Source: Candidatus Bathyarchaeota archaeon (GTDB taxonomy: Archaea; Thermoproteota; Bathyarchaeia; Bathyarchaeales; Bathycorpusculaceae). From it: a DNA stretch of 64,000 bases. The number at the start of each line of letters is the position of its first letter. Position 1 is the first letter of the stretch. A model generated the notes under the pieces. That model made no database searches and was not told where the DNA came from. It worked only from the letters and a program-made list of their open reading frames with translations. The DNA is taken from NCBI GenBank assembly GCA_963775685.1, contig CAVZJV010000014.1, positions 672,001 through 736,000 on the forward strand, given 5' to 3'. The position numbers were made by a program, and so were the translations under genes. This document shows positions 19,181 through 29,653 of the stretch, piece after piece.

Positions 19181-20246
19181 ATTTTACCACCAAGAGTATT
19201 CCTGATTACAGTACAGAATAGCACCACAGCTACATCTACTTGATCAGCTAGAATGTTGAATGATGTGCTTTTGATATAAATATTGCTTGAAAAAACCAAT
19301 GTTTCCAAGGAAAAGCGAGAAGACTCCCATGCCTATGCTTCTAACGTTGGTTAGATTCCAAGTTTATCGACTGGAAGGTTATTTTTTTTACATAGTTTTT
19401 TGTTTTCTTGCCGAGTAAGAAAAACATCTTTTACGATTCTGCGGTACGCACAAAGCACAATGCGAAATGCTTCATTAGTCACAACTGTAAATTGTTGAGC
19501 TGTGTATGTCTTAAAAGCAGCTCAAAAGAGGTTTAGACATAAGCTCACTTCCAAAGAATAATAACTTGCGAGAAGAAAGGGAATCTTTTAGATGTGAATG
19601 TTGTTTTGAGATTTGCTGGTTCTTAAGTTGAATATGATCCAGATACTATTGAACGCGGTTGCCCCACAAAGGAACAAAGAAAAAGACGTCGCAAAAGCCG
19701 TTCTTGAACAACAACGAAGCGAGACGCATCTGATTTCCCAGAATATACAAACAAACAGCCATGTTTGCAGAAAAAAGCCTCTTTAACCAAAGATCTTGTT
19801 TGCCCTTTTGTTTTTTTCATTGATTTTGCCTAGTTTTTTTCTATTATTGGGTGGTGGCTAGTTCACCATCACGAACCATGGCAAGCTGGAAATTTAGAAA
19901 CGCTACTTCGTCAGGACTTCCGCTAGTTTCTTTGTGTTTAAGGGATATATGCAGGAGCAAAGCCACGGCTGCCCAACACGCTTGCAAACCAATTTTGCTG
20001 ACAAGGACCATGAGTATTCTTTTAGGGGAGCAGAAGCTGAACCATCAACTCAAAAATAAAATATAGAAATTAGTAGAGCAGACTTAAAAATGGAGAAAAC
20101 TAAACCCAAAAACGCAGTAGATATCGAGCTGTTGTCGAGTTGTATTTTGTCAACTTTTGCAATCCGCCTGTTTGATGTATGGAAAAATATCCAAATATTA
20201 CAGAACAGCTGACCATATACAGAAGCATCCAAATCTTGATTCGGCT

Positions 20247-20597
20247 TTAAATGTAATATTCAGGTACAAGGTCAGGTTTAATGTCGCCTATCTTGCAGGT
20301 TGAACAGAGCTTACAGAAATCAAGCGTGATTTCGCCGGCATCAATCGCCTTGGTTACGAGTTTTTTTGCTGTTTCCTGTGCTATGTCTTGAATTTTTGGC
20401 AAAAAGTCCTCTACATGTTCAATGCCTTTGTAGGCGCGTTTTGAACTGAGGTATTGACTTATGGCAGCTTGGGTGGTACCGAGTTTTTTGGCTGCGGCGG
20501 TTTGGGAGAGACCATATTTTTGAACTAGTTCTTTGGCGACCAAGGAGCGGAAAATGGGCAAAACATATTTGCCGACTATTTCGCATTGTGGGTCCAT
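20247..20597 (-). CDS. XRE-type HTH regulator with Cys motifs
   Basis: PQCE...LP.FRSLVAKEL...GLSQTAAAKKLGTTQAAISQYL...FCKLC. Confidence 0.85.
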   Translation of the reverse strand: MDPQCEIVGKYVLPIFRSLVAKELVQKYGLSQTAAAKKLGTTQAAISQYLSSKRAYKGIEHVEDFLPKIQDIAQETAKKLVTKAIDAGEITLDFCKLCSTCKIGDIKPDLVPEYYI

Positions 20598-20835
20598 GAA
20601 TATCAATTGCTTATAACGCACTTATACTAAATAAGATTTTCAGAGAAAAACATCATCATTTCCATAATTCAATCAAAAAACGAAAAAATCAAACCATATA
20701 CCCAACATACCCTTATTACCCAAGAAGGCCAAAATATTTTTTGGCATTTTTTCACAGACAAAAAACTTAACTAACCCAAAAACGATACTTTTGAATAGCA
20801 ACCTAATATACAATTCTCATTAACTTTTAAACGAG

Positions 20836-21567
20836 ATGGAACTATTGGAAAATAAAACTCAACCGCCAAAAGGTAACCCGCAAATAAAGATTCTAAAAAA
20901 CGGGCCTTACTTGGTTTCAACAAAGGTTCCTTTGTTTCCGATGACGATAAAATGCGATGGTCAATCCATTCCCATTGAATGGGTAATCGGTGACATACTG
21001 CAAACACCCGAGAACTATATTCTCTGCCGTTGTGGGCAATCTAGTACCAAACCGTTCTGTGACTCAACTCATCTAAAAGTGAACTTTGACGGGAAAGAAC
21101 AAAGTGATAATGAGCCTTTTGAGAAGATTGCAAAAGAGATTGATGGTCCAACGCTAAAGCTTAAAGATGCTGAGATATTGTGTGCTTCTGCGCGGTTTTG
21201 CCATAGGGGAGGAGACATTTGGCCGCAAATTCCCAAATCAGACTACCCCAAACTAAAGCAAAATGCCATCAGGAATGCCTGTGACTGCCCATCTGGTCGG
21301 CTTGTAATCACCGACAAAGAAACGGGCAAAACAGTTGAGCCGTCACTTGAGCGATCAATCGGGTTAATTGAAGACCCCGGCATGGGTATTAGTGGTCCAC
21401 TTTGGGTTAGAGGCGAGATCTCCATCTATTCTGCCGAGGGTCAGCTCTACGAAATTAGGAATCGAATTACGCTTTGCCGTTGTGGAAAATCAACCAATAA
21501 GCCGTTTTGTGATAGCAGCCATTATCCAGAAGAAGATCGAGAGGTGATTGGAAATGAGCAAAAATGA
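20836..21567 (+). CDS. CDGSH iron-sulfur protein (two CDGSH motifs plus central ferredoxin-like domain)
   Basis: LCRCGQS.TKPFCDSTH, LCASARFC...CPSGRL, LCRCGKS.NKPFCDSSH. Confidence 0.9.
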   Translation: MELLENKTQPPKGNPQIKILKNGPYLVSTKVPLFPMTIKCDGQSIPIEWVIGDILQTPENYILCRCGQSSTKPFCDSTHLKVNFDGKEQSDNEPFEKIAKEIDGPTLKLKDAEILCASARFCHRGGDIWPQIPKSDYPKLKQNAIRNACDCPSGRLVITDKETGKTVEPSLERSIGLIEDPGMGISGPLWVRGEISIYSAEGQLYEIRNRITLCRCGKSTNKPFCDSSHYPEEDREVIGNEQK

Positions 21568-21889
21568 AAAACAGAAAACTAAATTTGCCAAAAGTAGTGT
21601 TGACGAAGCTTTTAAGTCTAGAGAGAAGGCGTTTGTTCTCTTCTATGCTTCTTGGTGTCCTTATTCGCAGCGGTTTCTGCCAGTTTTTGAAGAATACGCA
21701 AAAGACAATCCTGAGGAATGCGTAAGCATAATGATTGATGACAAACCCGACCTATGCGACAAATACGCTATAGACTATTACCCAACAGTGTTGCTATTTA
21801 AGAAAGGGGCAATTAAAAAAAGACTTGATGCCACTCCCGGGGTTGGGTTAACCCAAAAACAATTAAGAGAACTTACATCAAACCCTTAA
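21554..21889 (+). CDS. Thioredoxin-family protein, CxxS
   Basis: FYASWCPYS, YPTV; GAGGTGA SD. Confidence 0.85.
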   Translation: MSKNEKQKTKFAKSSVDEAFKSREKAFVLFYASWCPYSQRFLPVFEEYAKDNPEECVSIMIDDKPDLCDKYAIDYYPTVLLFKKGAIKKRLDATPGVGLTQKQLRELTSNP

Positions 21890-21943
21890 ATTCTTTTTCT
21901 ACTTTTTTGTGCTGCATGTGAAAGGCATTTTCTTTTTTCTTGT

Positions 21944-24900
21944 CTATTGTTTAGGCAGTAATTGCTGATATTCAGTGTTGACTTCCCCATGCTTATTTAG
22001 CAGTATTTTGTTTATTTTGCGCCATTCTTCACTTATGGTTGGCCACATTGGACCGCCGATGATACTTTTCTTGACGTATTCGTCAAGTGATTTTTCTCGT
22101 TTGATGGTTCGCTTATTCCAATCAACACTAATTAGTCCAGAGCGTCTTAGGTATTGAAGGTTGCGTGCCATCTGGTTGGAGTTAATTGGGTAGGTTATTG
22201 CGCTGTTTAGGTCGTCGGTCAAAGATTCGATGGTAAACTCGTCATCAACTCGGAGGCTCACAGTTGCAATCATATCTTGCATCAGTTTGGCAGTTTTAGT
22301 AACATAGTAGGTTCTCTTAGGTACCAGAATTTGTTCGATTCGGTAAGCATTTCGCTTATAGAACCAGTTCTTTACTATTTCTGCGAGGGCTAAGTATGAA
22401 GAAAGCAGAATAACTAAGGCTACATAAAATAGCGGTGGAGGTGCAACAAAACCGAAAACTTCACCCAGAGGTGTGAAAGGCAATGTCAGAGCGAAGACCA
22501 GGATTACTAGACTACTTATAGTTAAGTATTTGCTTGGTTTGCTCTTCCAAAAAGGTGCACGTCTAGTTCTGATTACGAAGACAACCAGTATCTGTGAGCA
22601 TAAGGATTCGATGAACCATGCAGTTTGGAATAAATGCTTATCATGGAGAGAGATTGTGGAGAGGGGAATTAACGGGATAAATACCAAGAGCATCATAAAG
22701 AAAGTCAGAAAATCAAAAAGAGAACTAACTGGACCTAAAGAAACCATGAACCTTCGGATGAACGCCAGGTCCCACCGTTTGGGACGTTCAACGTATTCGT
22801 CATCAACTTTATCCGTTGTGATAGTGGATTGAGACATGTCATAGAGGAGGTTGTTGAGGAGAATTTGGACTGGCAGCATAGGCAAAAAGCCAGGGGGAAG
22901 GAAAATTGACGCGCCAGCCACGCTAAACATGTTACCAAAGTTTGAACTGACTCCCAGCATTATATACTTCATAGTGTTGCCAAATGTTTTGCGTCCTTCC
23001 AAGACACCTTCCGCCAGCACGGTTAGGTCGTTTCTGGAGAGAATGATATCTGCGGATTCTCTTGCAACATCCACAGCGTTGTCGACTGATACGCCAACAT
23101 CACTGGTTTTCAGCGAGGGCGCGTCGTTAATACCATCACCCATGTACCCCACGACATGACCGTTCCTCTTTAGTAGGGTGATTATGCGGTCTTTTTGAAT
23201 TGGGTTAACTCGGCAGAAAACGTTTGATTCTTCAACAACTGCCGTTAACGCTTCATCAGACATATTAGCTATATCAGTTCCAAGAGCAACACCTTTCAAT
23301 TCAAAACCCAATTCATCGCAGACTTTCCGAGTAACTAGTTCGTTGTCGCCTGTGAGAACTTTAAGTTCAATTCCTGCCTTGCTAAGCATCTGCAGAGATT
23401 GTTTAGCTGTTTCTTTAGGCGGGTCCAGGAAAGCCACAAACCCCAAGAAAACCATGTCGTTTTCGTCGTTAATCGAGTAAACAGCTTTGTCCTCTTTGAG
23501 CCGCTTATAGGCAATTCCTAAAACTCTAAGACCTTCCGCACTGTAGTCATGATATTTCTGCTCAATTTTTTTGCGAGTTTCTTCACTAAGGTCCGCTACT
23601 ATCCTAGCTAACTCGTAGTAGGAGCACACTTTGAAAATTTCTTCCGGAGCTCCCTTAGCTATAAAGAACCTTTGCCCCTCGTTTTCAACAACCACAGAGA
23701 CGCGTCTTCTTATAAAATCGAAGGGCACCTCGTCGATTTTTTGGTATTTTGAAGTTTCAATTTCCTTGTGTTTTAGGATGGCTTCGTCAAGTGGACTTTT
23801 GAGTCCAGTTTGGAAGTTGCTGTTGAGGAAGGAGTAGAGGAAAACTTTTTCGTCTTCAGTGCCTTCCAAATCCACGTTTAAGATGAGTTTTATGCGGTTT
23901 TCCGTTAGGGTGCCTGTCTTGTCAGTGCAAAGTACATTCATGCTACCAAAGTTCTCAATTGACGCGAGCCTCTTCACGATGACCCCTTTTTTAGACATCG
24001 CCATGGCGCCCCGGGAAAGGTTAATCGTGATTATCATAGGCAAAAGCTCAGGTGTCAATCCTACTGCCAACGCAACCGCGAAAAGCAAGGCTGTCACGAC
24101 GCCATCAGTTGTAGGATTGCGCAACGAAATTATCAAGAAGACAAAGATAACCAACAGGAAAGTTACCTGCATGATGAGGAAGCCAAAGCTTCTGATACCC
24201 CGTTCAAACTCGGTTTCAGGTGCTTTCTCAATCAGTTTTTTGGCGATTTTGCCGTATTCTGTTGCGCTGCCTGTTTTAACGACTATTGCAGTTGCTGAGC
24301 CGCTCACTACTGAGGTGCCCATGAAACAGAAGTTGTTCCACTCAACAATCGAGCCTTCGTTACCTTTTACGGCGCCAGCGGTTTTCTCTACTGGAAACGA
24401 TTCGCCAGTTAAGGATGACTGGTTAACGAATAAATCTTTGGCGTTTACGACTCTTGAGTCTGCTGGGGCTATGTCGCCTGCTGAAAGATAAATTATGTCT
24501 CCGGGAACGATGTCGGGAAACTTTATTTCTTGTTTGACATGGTCCCTAAGTACTGTAGCTGTAGTGGTGACTTTTTGTTTAAGCAACTGGGCTGCTTTTT
24601 CAGCTTTGCTTTCCTGATAATAATCAAGTATGACGCTGATGAAAATAATGGTCAGGATAATTGCTGTGTTGGCAATTTGTCCAAGTATCCCCGAGATTGT
24701 GCCTGCAACTAAAAGAATGATTACCAAAGGGCTTTTGAAATGTAAGAGGAACTCTTTGATGGCGGAGTGTTTATGTTCACGAGCAAGTTCATTTCTACCG
24801 TAAACTTCAATGTGTTCGGCTGCCTGTTCTGAACTGAGTCCTTGTGGTGAAGACTTCAAGCGTGCCATGAGTTCCTCTATGGAAAGACTTACCATATCTT

Positions 24901-24976
24901 CCGAGGTCAACATCGGCTGAATTGGTTCCACTGTGTTATTGCTTGAAGTGACACCGTTTTGCAGTGCTTTCGCCAT
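21944..24976 (-). CDS. mgtA: Mg2+-translocating P-type ATPase with extra C-terminal domain
   Basis: TGES, PELLP, DKTGTLT, PFDF.RRR, GDGIND, SSNFGN, QILLNNLLYD. Confidence 0.9.
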   Translation of the reverse strand: MAKALQNGVTSSNNTVEPIQPMLTSEDMVSLSIEELMARLKSSPQGLSSEQAAEHIEVYGRNELAREHKHSAIKEFLLHFKSPLVIILLVAGTISGILGQIANTAIILTIIFISVILDYYQESKAEKAAQLLKQKVTTTATVLRDHVKQEIKFPDIVPGDIIYLSAGDIAPADSRVVNAKDLFVNQSSLTGESFPVEKTAGAVKGNEGSIVEWNNFCFMGTSVVSGSATAIVVKTGSATEYGKIAKKLIEKAPETEFERGIRSFGFLIMQVTFLLVIFVFLIISLRNPTTDGVVTALLFAVALAVGLTPELLPMIITINLSRGAMAMSKKGVIVKRLASIENFGSMNVLCTDKTGTLTENRIKLILNVDLEGTEDEKVFLYSFLNSNFQTGLKSPLDEAILKHKEIETSKYQKIDEVPFDFIRRRVSVVVENEGQRFFIAKGAPEEIFKVCSYYELARIVADLSEETRKKIEQKYHDYSAEGLRVLGIAYKRLKEDKAVYSINDENDMVFLGFVAFLDPPKETAKQSLQMLSKAGIELKVLTGDNELVTRKVCDELGFELKGVALGTDIANMSDEALTAVVEESNVFCRVNPIQKDRIITLLKRNGHVVGYMGDGINDAPSLKTSDVGVSVDNAVDVARESADIILSRNDLTVLAEGVLEGRKTFGNTMKYIMLGVSSNFGNMFSVAGASIFLPPGFLPMLPVQILLNNLLYDMSQSTITTDKVDDEYVERPKRWDLAFIRRFMVSLGPVSSLFDFLTFFMMLLVFIPLIPLSTISLHDKHLFQTAWFIESLCSQILVVFVIRTRRAPFWKSKPSKYLTISSLVILVFALTLPFTPLGEVFGFVAPPPLFYVALVILLSSYLALAEIVKNWFYKRNAYRIEQILVPKRTYYVTKTAKLMQDMIATVSLRVDDEFTIESLTDDLNSAITYPINSNQMARNLQYLRRSGLISVDWNKRTIKREKSLDEYVKKSIIGGPMWPTISEEWRKINKILLNKHGEVNTEYQQLLPKQ

Positions 24977-25074
24977 AAACCTCGCCCCCCCTTAAAACGT
25001 ACAATAGAATACATTGCCCTTAAAGGGGTTTCTCAGCTTTGCAACGTAGAGTTCCCTGAAACCACAACTTCCTT

Positions 25075-25245
25075 TATTTTTGTGGTATGCCATGTTTGCT
25101 TTTTTCGATAGCAGTCCATGCAATAGCCATTATCTTAATGTTTTCAAGACGACCCTGCATACTCACCAAGCCCCTTGGCTAACACTGTAACGTTGCCGAT
25201 GGGTTTTCCGCATTTCTTGCGTCTTACATGTTGAGTGTTACTCAT
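25075..25245 (-). pseudogene. Small CxxC Zn-finger protein, frameshifted
   Basis: MSNTQHVRRKKCGKPIG... with GYCMDCY in another frame. Confidence 0.35.
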
Positions 25246-25285
25246 TTCGCCTCAAAAAATTAAAGTTACACATCTTATAAACTGG

Positions 25286-26041
25286 CTACTTCCATTTAGT
25301 CAGGATTTCTTCTCGCTGGAAAGTAACTTTGCTTAAGTAAAATAGGGCGACTGTTGCAACGGCCAATGCTGCAGAGGTAATTAAGGCAAGAAGCTCTTTT
25401 GATATTATAGTGTTTCCTGTTGATGCGAAAACTACCAGCAAAATCAACGGAAGAACAACAATGCTGCCAAGTTGCTGGGCTGCTCTTACGTCATTGACTC
25501 TTGAGGATATGATTACGTTGGCTTCAACGCTTAAGACGCATACCAGCGGTGCCATAACGCCAATTATTATTACCCAGTAAACATTGGGAATTAGAAACGT
25601 ACTCAACGCGATATAAGACCAGCCATCTATAAGAGCTGCAAATATTGCTATGCCCAGATACGTTACACCCATGCATGGAATAAATGCTGCTAAGCTTTTA
25701 CCTAAGAGTAACTCGCCGTCTGTTGTAGGAGTAGCTAAAAGAGGTTCCAGGCTATGTTCAATTTTTTCACCTACAAAACTGTACGACCCAATTATTGAGG
25801 CTAGAGCTGCAGGTATGATTACAAAATATGTTGAGCCTAAATTCGTTATTGTCTGGGCGGCCTCTATTAATTGCGGTTTGGTAAGTGCTGCTGCTTCAGC
25901 TTCTAGAGAAAATATGAAAATTATAGGCAACACCAGTCCGAGGATTAAAGGCAATGCAACTAGTGAATAGAGGATATACCTGTTTTTCTTAAAGACACTA
26001 AGGTCTTTTTTCGTTACAATCCATGACTTCCAAATTCTCAT
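25286..26041 (-). CDS. ABC-2 type transporter permease
   Basis: SFVGEK...LEPLLATP...GK; six TM segments. Confidence 0.9.
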   Translation of the reverse strand: MRIWKSWIVTKKDLSVFKKNRYILYSLVALPLILGLVLPIIFIFSLEAEAAALTKPQLIEAAQTITNLGSTYFVIIPAALASIIGSYSFVGEKIEHSLEPLLATPTTDGELLLGKSLAAFIPCMGVTYLGIAIFAALIDGWSYIALSTFLIPNVYWVIIIGVMAPLVCVLSVEANVIISSRVNDVRAAQQLGSIVVLPLILLVVFASTGNTIISKELLALITSAALAVATVALFYLSKVTFQREEILTKWK

Positions 26042-26967
26042 TAAGCAGAAGCCTCCCGGATAAGTTTTAAATAAACATCCTCAAGTGTCGAACGCAATTC
26101 TGTAACATATTGGATGTTGCCCCCTGCTCCTACAATTGCCCTCACAACTTCAGGGTTATCTTTTTCAGGGTTATCTATGTCAAGAATCAACTTGCTGTCA
26201 CTGATTCGTATATTTTTAACGGCGTTTATTTTTTCCAAGGCGGAAGTAATCGCGCCGTTTACATTTTCCAAATGAACAATAGTTTTTCTATTATAAAGGC
26301 TGCGCTCCAAGTTTTTTGGCGAATCAACCACAATTAACTTACTCTTCAGGATGGCGATTCGATCGCAAAGCCGTTCTGCCTCACCTAAATTATGAGTGTT
26401 AATGAATATAGTTCGCTTCTCTTTTTTAAGTTCTAAAACGAAATCTCTCACCGTTTTAGCAGATTCGGGGTCAAGGTTCGCTGTCGGCTCATCCAAGAAC
26501 AGTAACTGTGGGTCGTGGATTAAGGAGCGGGCTATAGCTAGTTTTTGTTTCATGCCCTTGCTAAATGTGCCTGCGAAGTCTTCTCGTCGATCCCAAATTC
26601 CCAGCAACCTTAAGAGGTGTTCAATATTTTCTCTTCGCTTCTGCTCGGGGACTTCATATAGCTGCCCATAAAAATCCAAGTTTCTGTAAGCGCTTAAGCT
26701 GTCGTATAACCCAACGTTTTCTGGGAGGAAGCCGACCATTTTTCGTATTTTTAGGCAGTCTGCTTGTTTATCTATGCTGCAGTTTCCTATTTTGGCGTCG
26801 CCGCTGGTTTTTCTTATAAGGCAACAGAGCATGCGTATGGTAGTGGTTTTGCCTGCTCCGTTGGGACCCAGAAACCCGAAGACTTCGCCGTCTTCAACAT
26901 GTAGAGAAACACTATCTACAGCTGTTAGGTTACCGAATTTCCGAGTTAGATCATTTGTGTCAATCAT
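26041..26967 (-). CDS. ABC transporter ATP-binding protein
   Basis: GPNGAGKTT, FSKGMKQK, LDEPT. Confidence 0.95.
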   Translation of the reverse strand: MIDTNDLTRKFGNLTAVDSVSLHVEDGEVFGFLGPNGAGKTTTIRMLCCLIRKTSGDAKIGNCSIDKQADCLKIRKMVGFLPENVGLYDSLSAYRNLDFYGQLYEVPEQKRRENIEHLLRLLGIWDRREDFAGTFSKGMKQKLAIARSLIHDPQLLFLDEPTANLDPESAKTVRDFVLELKKEKRTIFINTHNLGEAERLCDRIAILKSKLIVVDSPKNLERSLYNRKTIVHLENVNGAITSALEKINAVKNIRISDSKLILDIDNPEKDNPEVVRAIVGAGGNIQYVTELRSTLEDVYLKLIREASA

Positions 26968-26996
26968 GCCATTGGAATCCTCGAGTGCTAAAGGGT

Positions 26997-27245
26997 TTAG
27001 GCTTTTTCATATTTAGATTCTTCTATCCGCTGTTGCTCTAACTTTTCATCGGTCAGCACGCTCTCAGACGACTGCGGCTTCTTCTCTTCAAGTGGCCATG
27101 TAATTGAATCTTTCAGATAAGTTTTCATGAAGCTTATTTTGCCGCAAGCAGGGCACTTGAGCTGTTTAAAGGGCCCTATGTGGAGCATTAAAATGCTACG
27201 TGAGGCGTCGAATACAGCGGGGCATTTTGAGCATTTTGCATGCAT
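26997..27245 (-). CDS. Zn-ribbon protein, paralog 2
   Basis: CSKC...HIGP...CPACGK...ITWP...RIEESKYEK; ATG 27245 downstream of TATA TTTTATA. Confidence 0.75.
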   Translation of the reverse strand: MHAKCSKCPAVFDASRSILMLHIGPFKQLKCPACGKISFMKTYLKDSITWPLEEKKPQSSESVLTDEKLEQQRIEESKYEKA

Positions 27246-27448
27246 TCCGCCGCTCTTCATTATATAAAAGCGAAAAGTCACCGAGATGACTAAAGCCTCG
27301 ATAACTATAACAATTCCTACGTGGGGGTTTCCCAGAGCATCATTGATTATTTGTGTCATTATATGAACCCTGTTCTATACTATTACGAATCATCTCAAGC
27401 TACGCGCTAATGCAGATTTCTTTAAGAAAAACCGTTCTTTTGAATAAA

Positions 27449-27715
27449 TTAGGTTTTCTCGTATTTGGAATCTTCTATGCGCTTCTTCTCTAGTTCTTCA
27501 TCATTTAATTCTGGTGTGGCAACCTGCTGCTGTTTTGCCTCTTCCGGAGGCCAAGTAATTGGGCCTTTCACTGAGGAGTAGACGTTGAGCCAGCTTCTTT
27601 TTCCGCAGGCAGGGCATTTAACGTAATGTAGGGGACCTATATGCGGTGCCAAGGCTGCTCCGCCAAGACCTTGTTCGAAAACATTGCCACATTTCTTACA
27701 TTTTACCCTTGTCAT
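27449..27715 (-). CDS. Zn-ribbon protein, paralog 1
   Basis: CKKC...HIGP...CPACGK...ITWP...RIEDSKYEK. Confidence 0.78.
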   Translation of the reverse strand: MTRVKCKKCGNVFEQGLGGAALAPHIGPLHYVKCPACGKRSWLNVYSSVKGPITWPPEEAKQQQVATPELNDEELEKKRIEDSKYEKT

Positions 27716-27847
27716 ACTGATCGCTGCTTAACTAAGTATTTTTATGTTAAAAACCTTCCCAAAGAAACTAAATTAACCTTGAATATTACCCAAAATTTGT
27801 TGGGTCGTTTACTAATCTTTTTTAGATACACCAGTTTGATTTTATTT

Positions 27848-29089
27848 ATGACTACTGCCATGTTTTGGCGAAAGGACATACTTCCAAACGGTTTAAGAAC
27901 CTTATTTTTCCCAAGACAACATGCAAATATGACGCAGTTATCCGTCGCCGTTGAGTTTGGGTCAAACCAAGAACCTCCAGAAAACGCTGGAGTCGCCCAT
28001 TTCCTTGAGCATATGATTGCTGGAGGTTCAACAAAACGTATACAACTATCCCGGAGCATAGAAAATTCAGGCGGAATTTTAGACCTATATACTGACCATG
28101 AGCACATGATGAGCACGATGAATTTTCTGCCTGAAGAATTGGCAAATGCTGTTTGTATAATACCAGAATTGCTCTTCAACTTTGATTTTGAGGAAGAAAA
28201 ATTCAATCAAGAACGCAAAGTAATCCTCAATGAGTTAGCCGAAGCGTTGGACGACCCATGTGAGAGAATTGAAGATTTGCTTCTCAAGAGCTTGTTTAAA
28301 GACCATCCAGTAAAACGCCCAGTTGGAGGGTTTCCGAAAACTGTCAAGCGGTTAACTCTAAGCCAGTTGAGTGACGCACATAAAATAAATTATGTTCCAG
28401 AGAACATGATTTTGATTTTAACGGGCAGTTTCTCCAAAGAATCGATTGGTAAAGTTCTTAAAAAGTTCGCAGATAGAAGTACTTCAGGGATATTTTCAAA
28501 AAAGAATTATCCTCTTAAAGCAGGTAAACAAAAACAGCAGGTTGTTAAAAAAAAGGCTGGAATTGCCCAAACTTATCTAAGTATTGGTGCAAGAACAGTT
28601 TGTTCTACCAATAAGGATGCAGCTGCACTAGATGTGATGAGTGCAGTTCTTAGTGGAGGGACAAGCTCAAGGCTATTCATCGAGCTTAGGGAAAACTATG
28701 CTTTGACCTACGACGTCAACTCGGACCACAACAAGGGAAAAGATTTTGGCTATTTTAACGTTAACTGTGCAGTGAAAGACAAAAATCTAGCTAAAGCTAA
28801 AAGCATAATTCTTAAGGAATTGACGACTCTGAGAACGCAAAAGGTATCCGATGATGAGCTTGAACGATGCAAAAACCTCATAATTGGAGGTATTCTAAGA
28901 GGCATGGATAATCCTCAGGAAGCCATAGAAATCATTGCATACTTGGAGATGCAGTATAAGAATGAACATGCGCTTTTGGATTACATAGCTAAAGTTAAAG
29001 CTGTATCAAATGAGAATATAATGGATACCGCCAACACTTACCTTCAAGAAGACACACTTTCAACGATAATTCTTCAACCAACAAAATAA
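27848..29089 (+). CDS. M16 (pitrilysin/insulinase) family Zn peptidase
   Basis: GVAHFLEHM, SSRLF.ELRE. Confidence 0.92.
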   Translation: MTTAMFWRKDILPNGLRTLFFPRQHANMTQLSVAVEFGSNQEPPENAGVAHFLEHMIAGGSTKRIQLSRSIENSGGILDLYTDHEHMMSTMNFLPEELANAVCIIPELLFNFDFEEEKFNQERKVILNELAEALDDPCERIEDLLLKSLFKDHPVKRPVGGFPKTVKRLTLSQLSDAHKINYVPENMILILTGSFSKESIGKVLKKFADRSTSGIFSKKNYPLKAGKQKQQVVKKKAGIAQTYLSIGARTVCSTNKDAAALDVMSAVLSGGTSSRLFIELRENYALTYDVNSDHNKGKDFGYFNVNCAVKDKNLAKAKSIILKELTTLRTQKVSDDELERCKNLIIGGILRGMDNPQEAIEIIAYLEMQYKNEHALLDYIAKVKAVSNENIMDTANTYLQEDTLSTIILQPTK

Positions 29090-29462
29090 CAGTCACATAC
29101 GAATTTTTGAGAAGCGATTTGTAATGCCGTTTGGCAGATTACCAACTCTATAAGTGGACACCAAGATACCGCATTTGAGAACCTTAAGCTCTAAAGAGCA
29201 TAACTGGAAAACAGAGCCTGAATCGGCTGCTGGTTTATCTACCCACGACTTGATGTTGCTTGGCAAATTAGTACTTATTGATAGAAGCAAGAATTTGTAG
29301 GTGCATCCAACCAACCACAAAATGGATTTTTCATGAAATAATCTCTGCTATACAAGTTCCAGATTGATTAAATGCATAGAAAAAATGTAAAATTCTGTTG
29401 TTCACATTTGTGACCACAAGTTTTCAAATAGTATTGATGCACATATTTTACAAGTTGATTAT

Positions 29463-29609
29463 TTGATTTCCTGCAATAGAGTTAATTGTCCAAAATGTGG
29501 AAAAGAGTTGTCTCAACCTGACAAAAAACTAGAGAACACTGTTTTCTATGTGGCACTTTTTACCTGTAATTCATGCGGTACTACCTTCAAATTTTCTACA
29601 GAATTTTAA
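29463..29609 (+). CDS. 48-aa Zn-ribbon microprotein (not in ORF track)
   Basis: MISCNRVNCPKCGKELSQPDKKLENTVFYVALFTCNSCGTTFKFSTEF. Confidence 0.6.
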   Translation: MISCNRVNCPKCGKELSQPDKKLENTVFYVALFTCNSCGTTFKFSTEF

Positions 29610-29653
29610 TTGCCGTCATGTATTTTTATTTATTTTCTAGTGCATTTTAGTGA

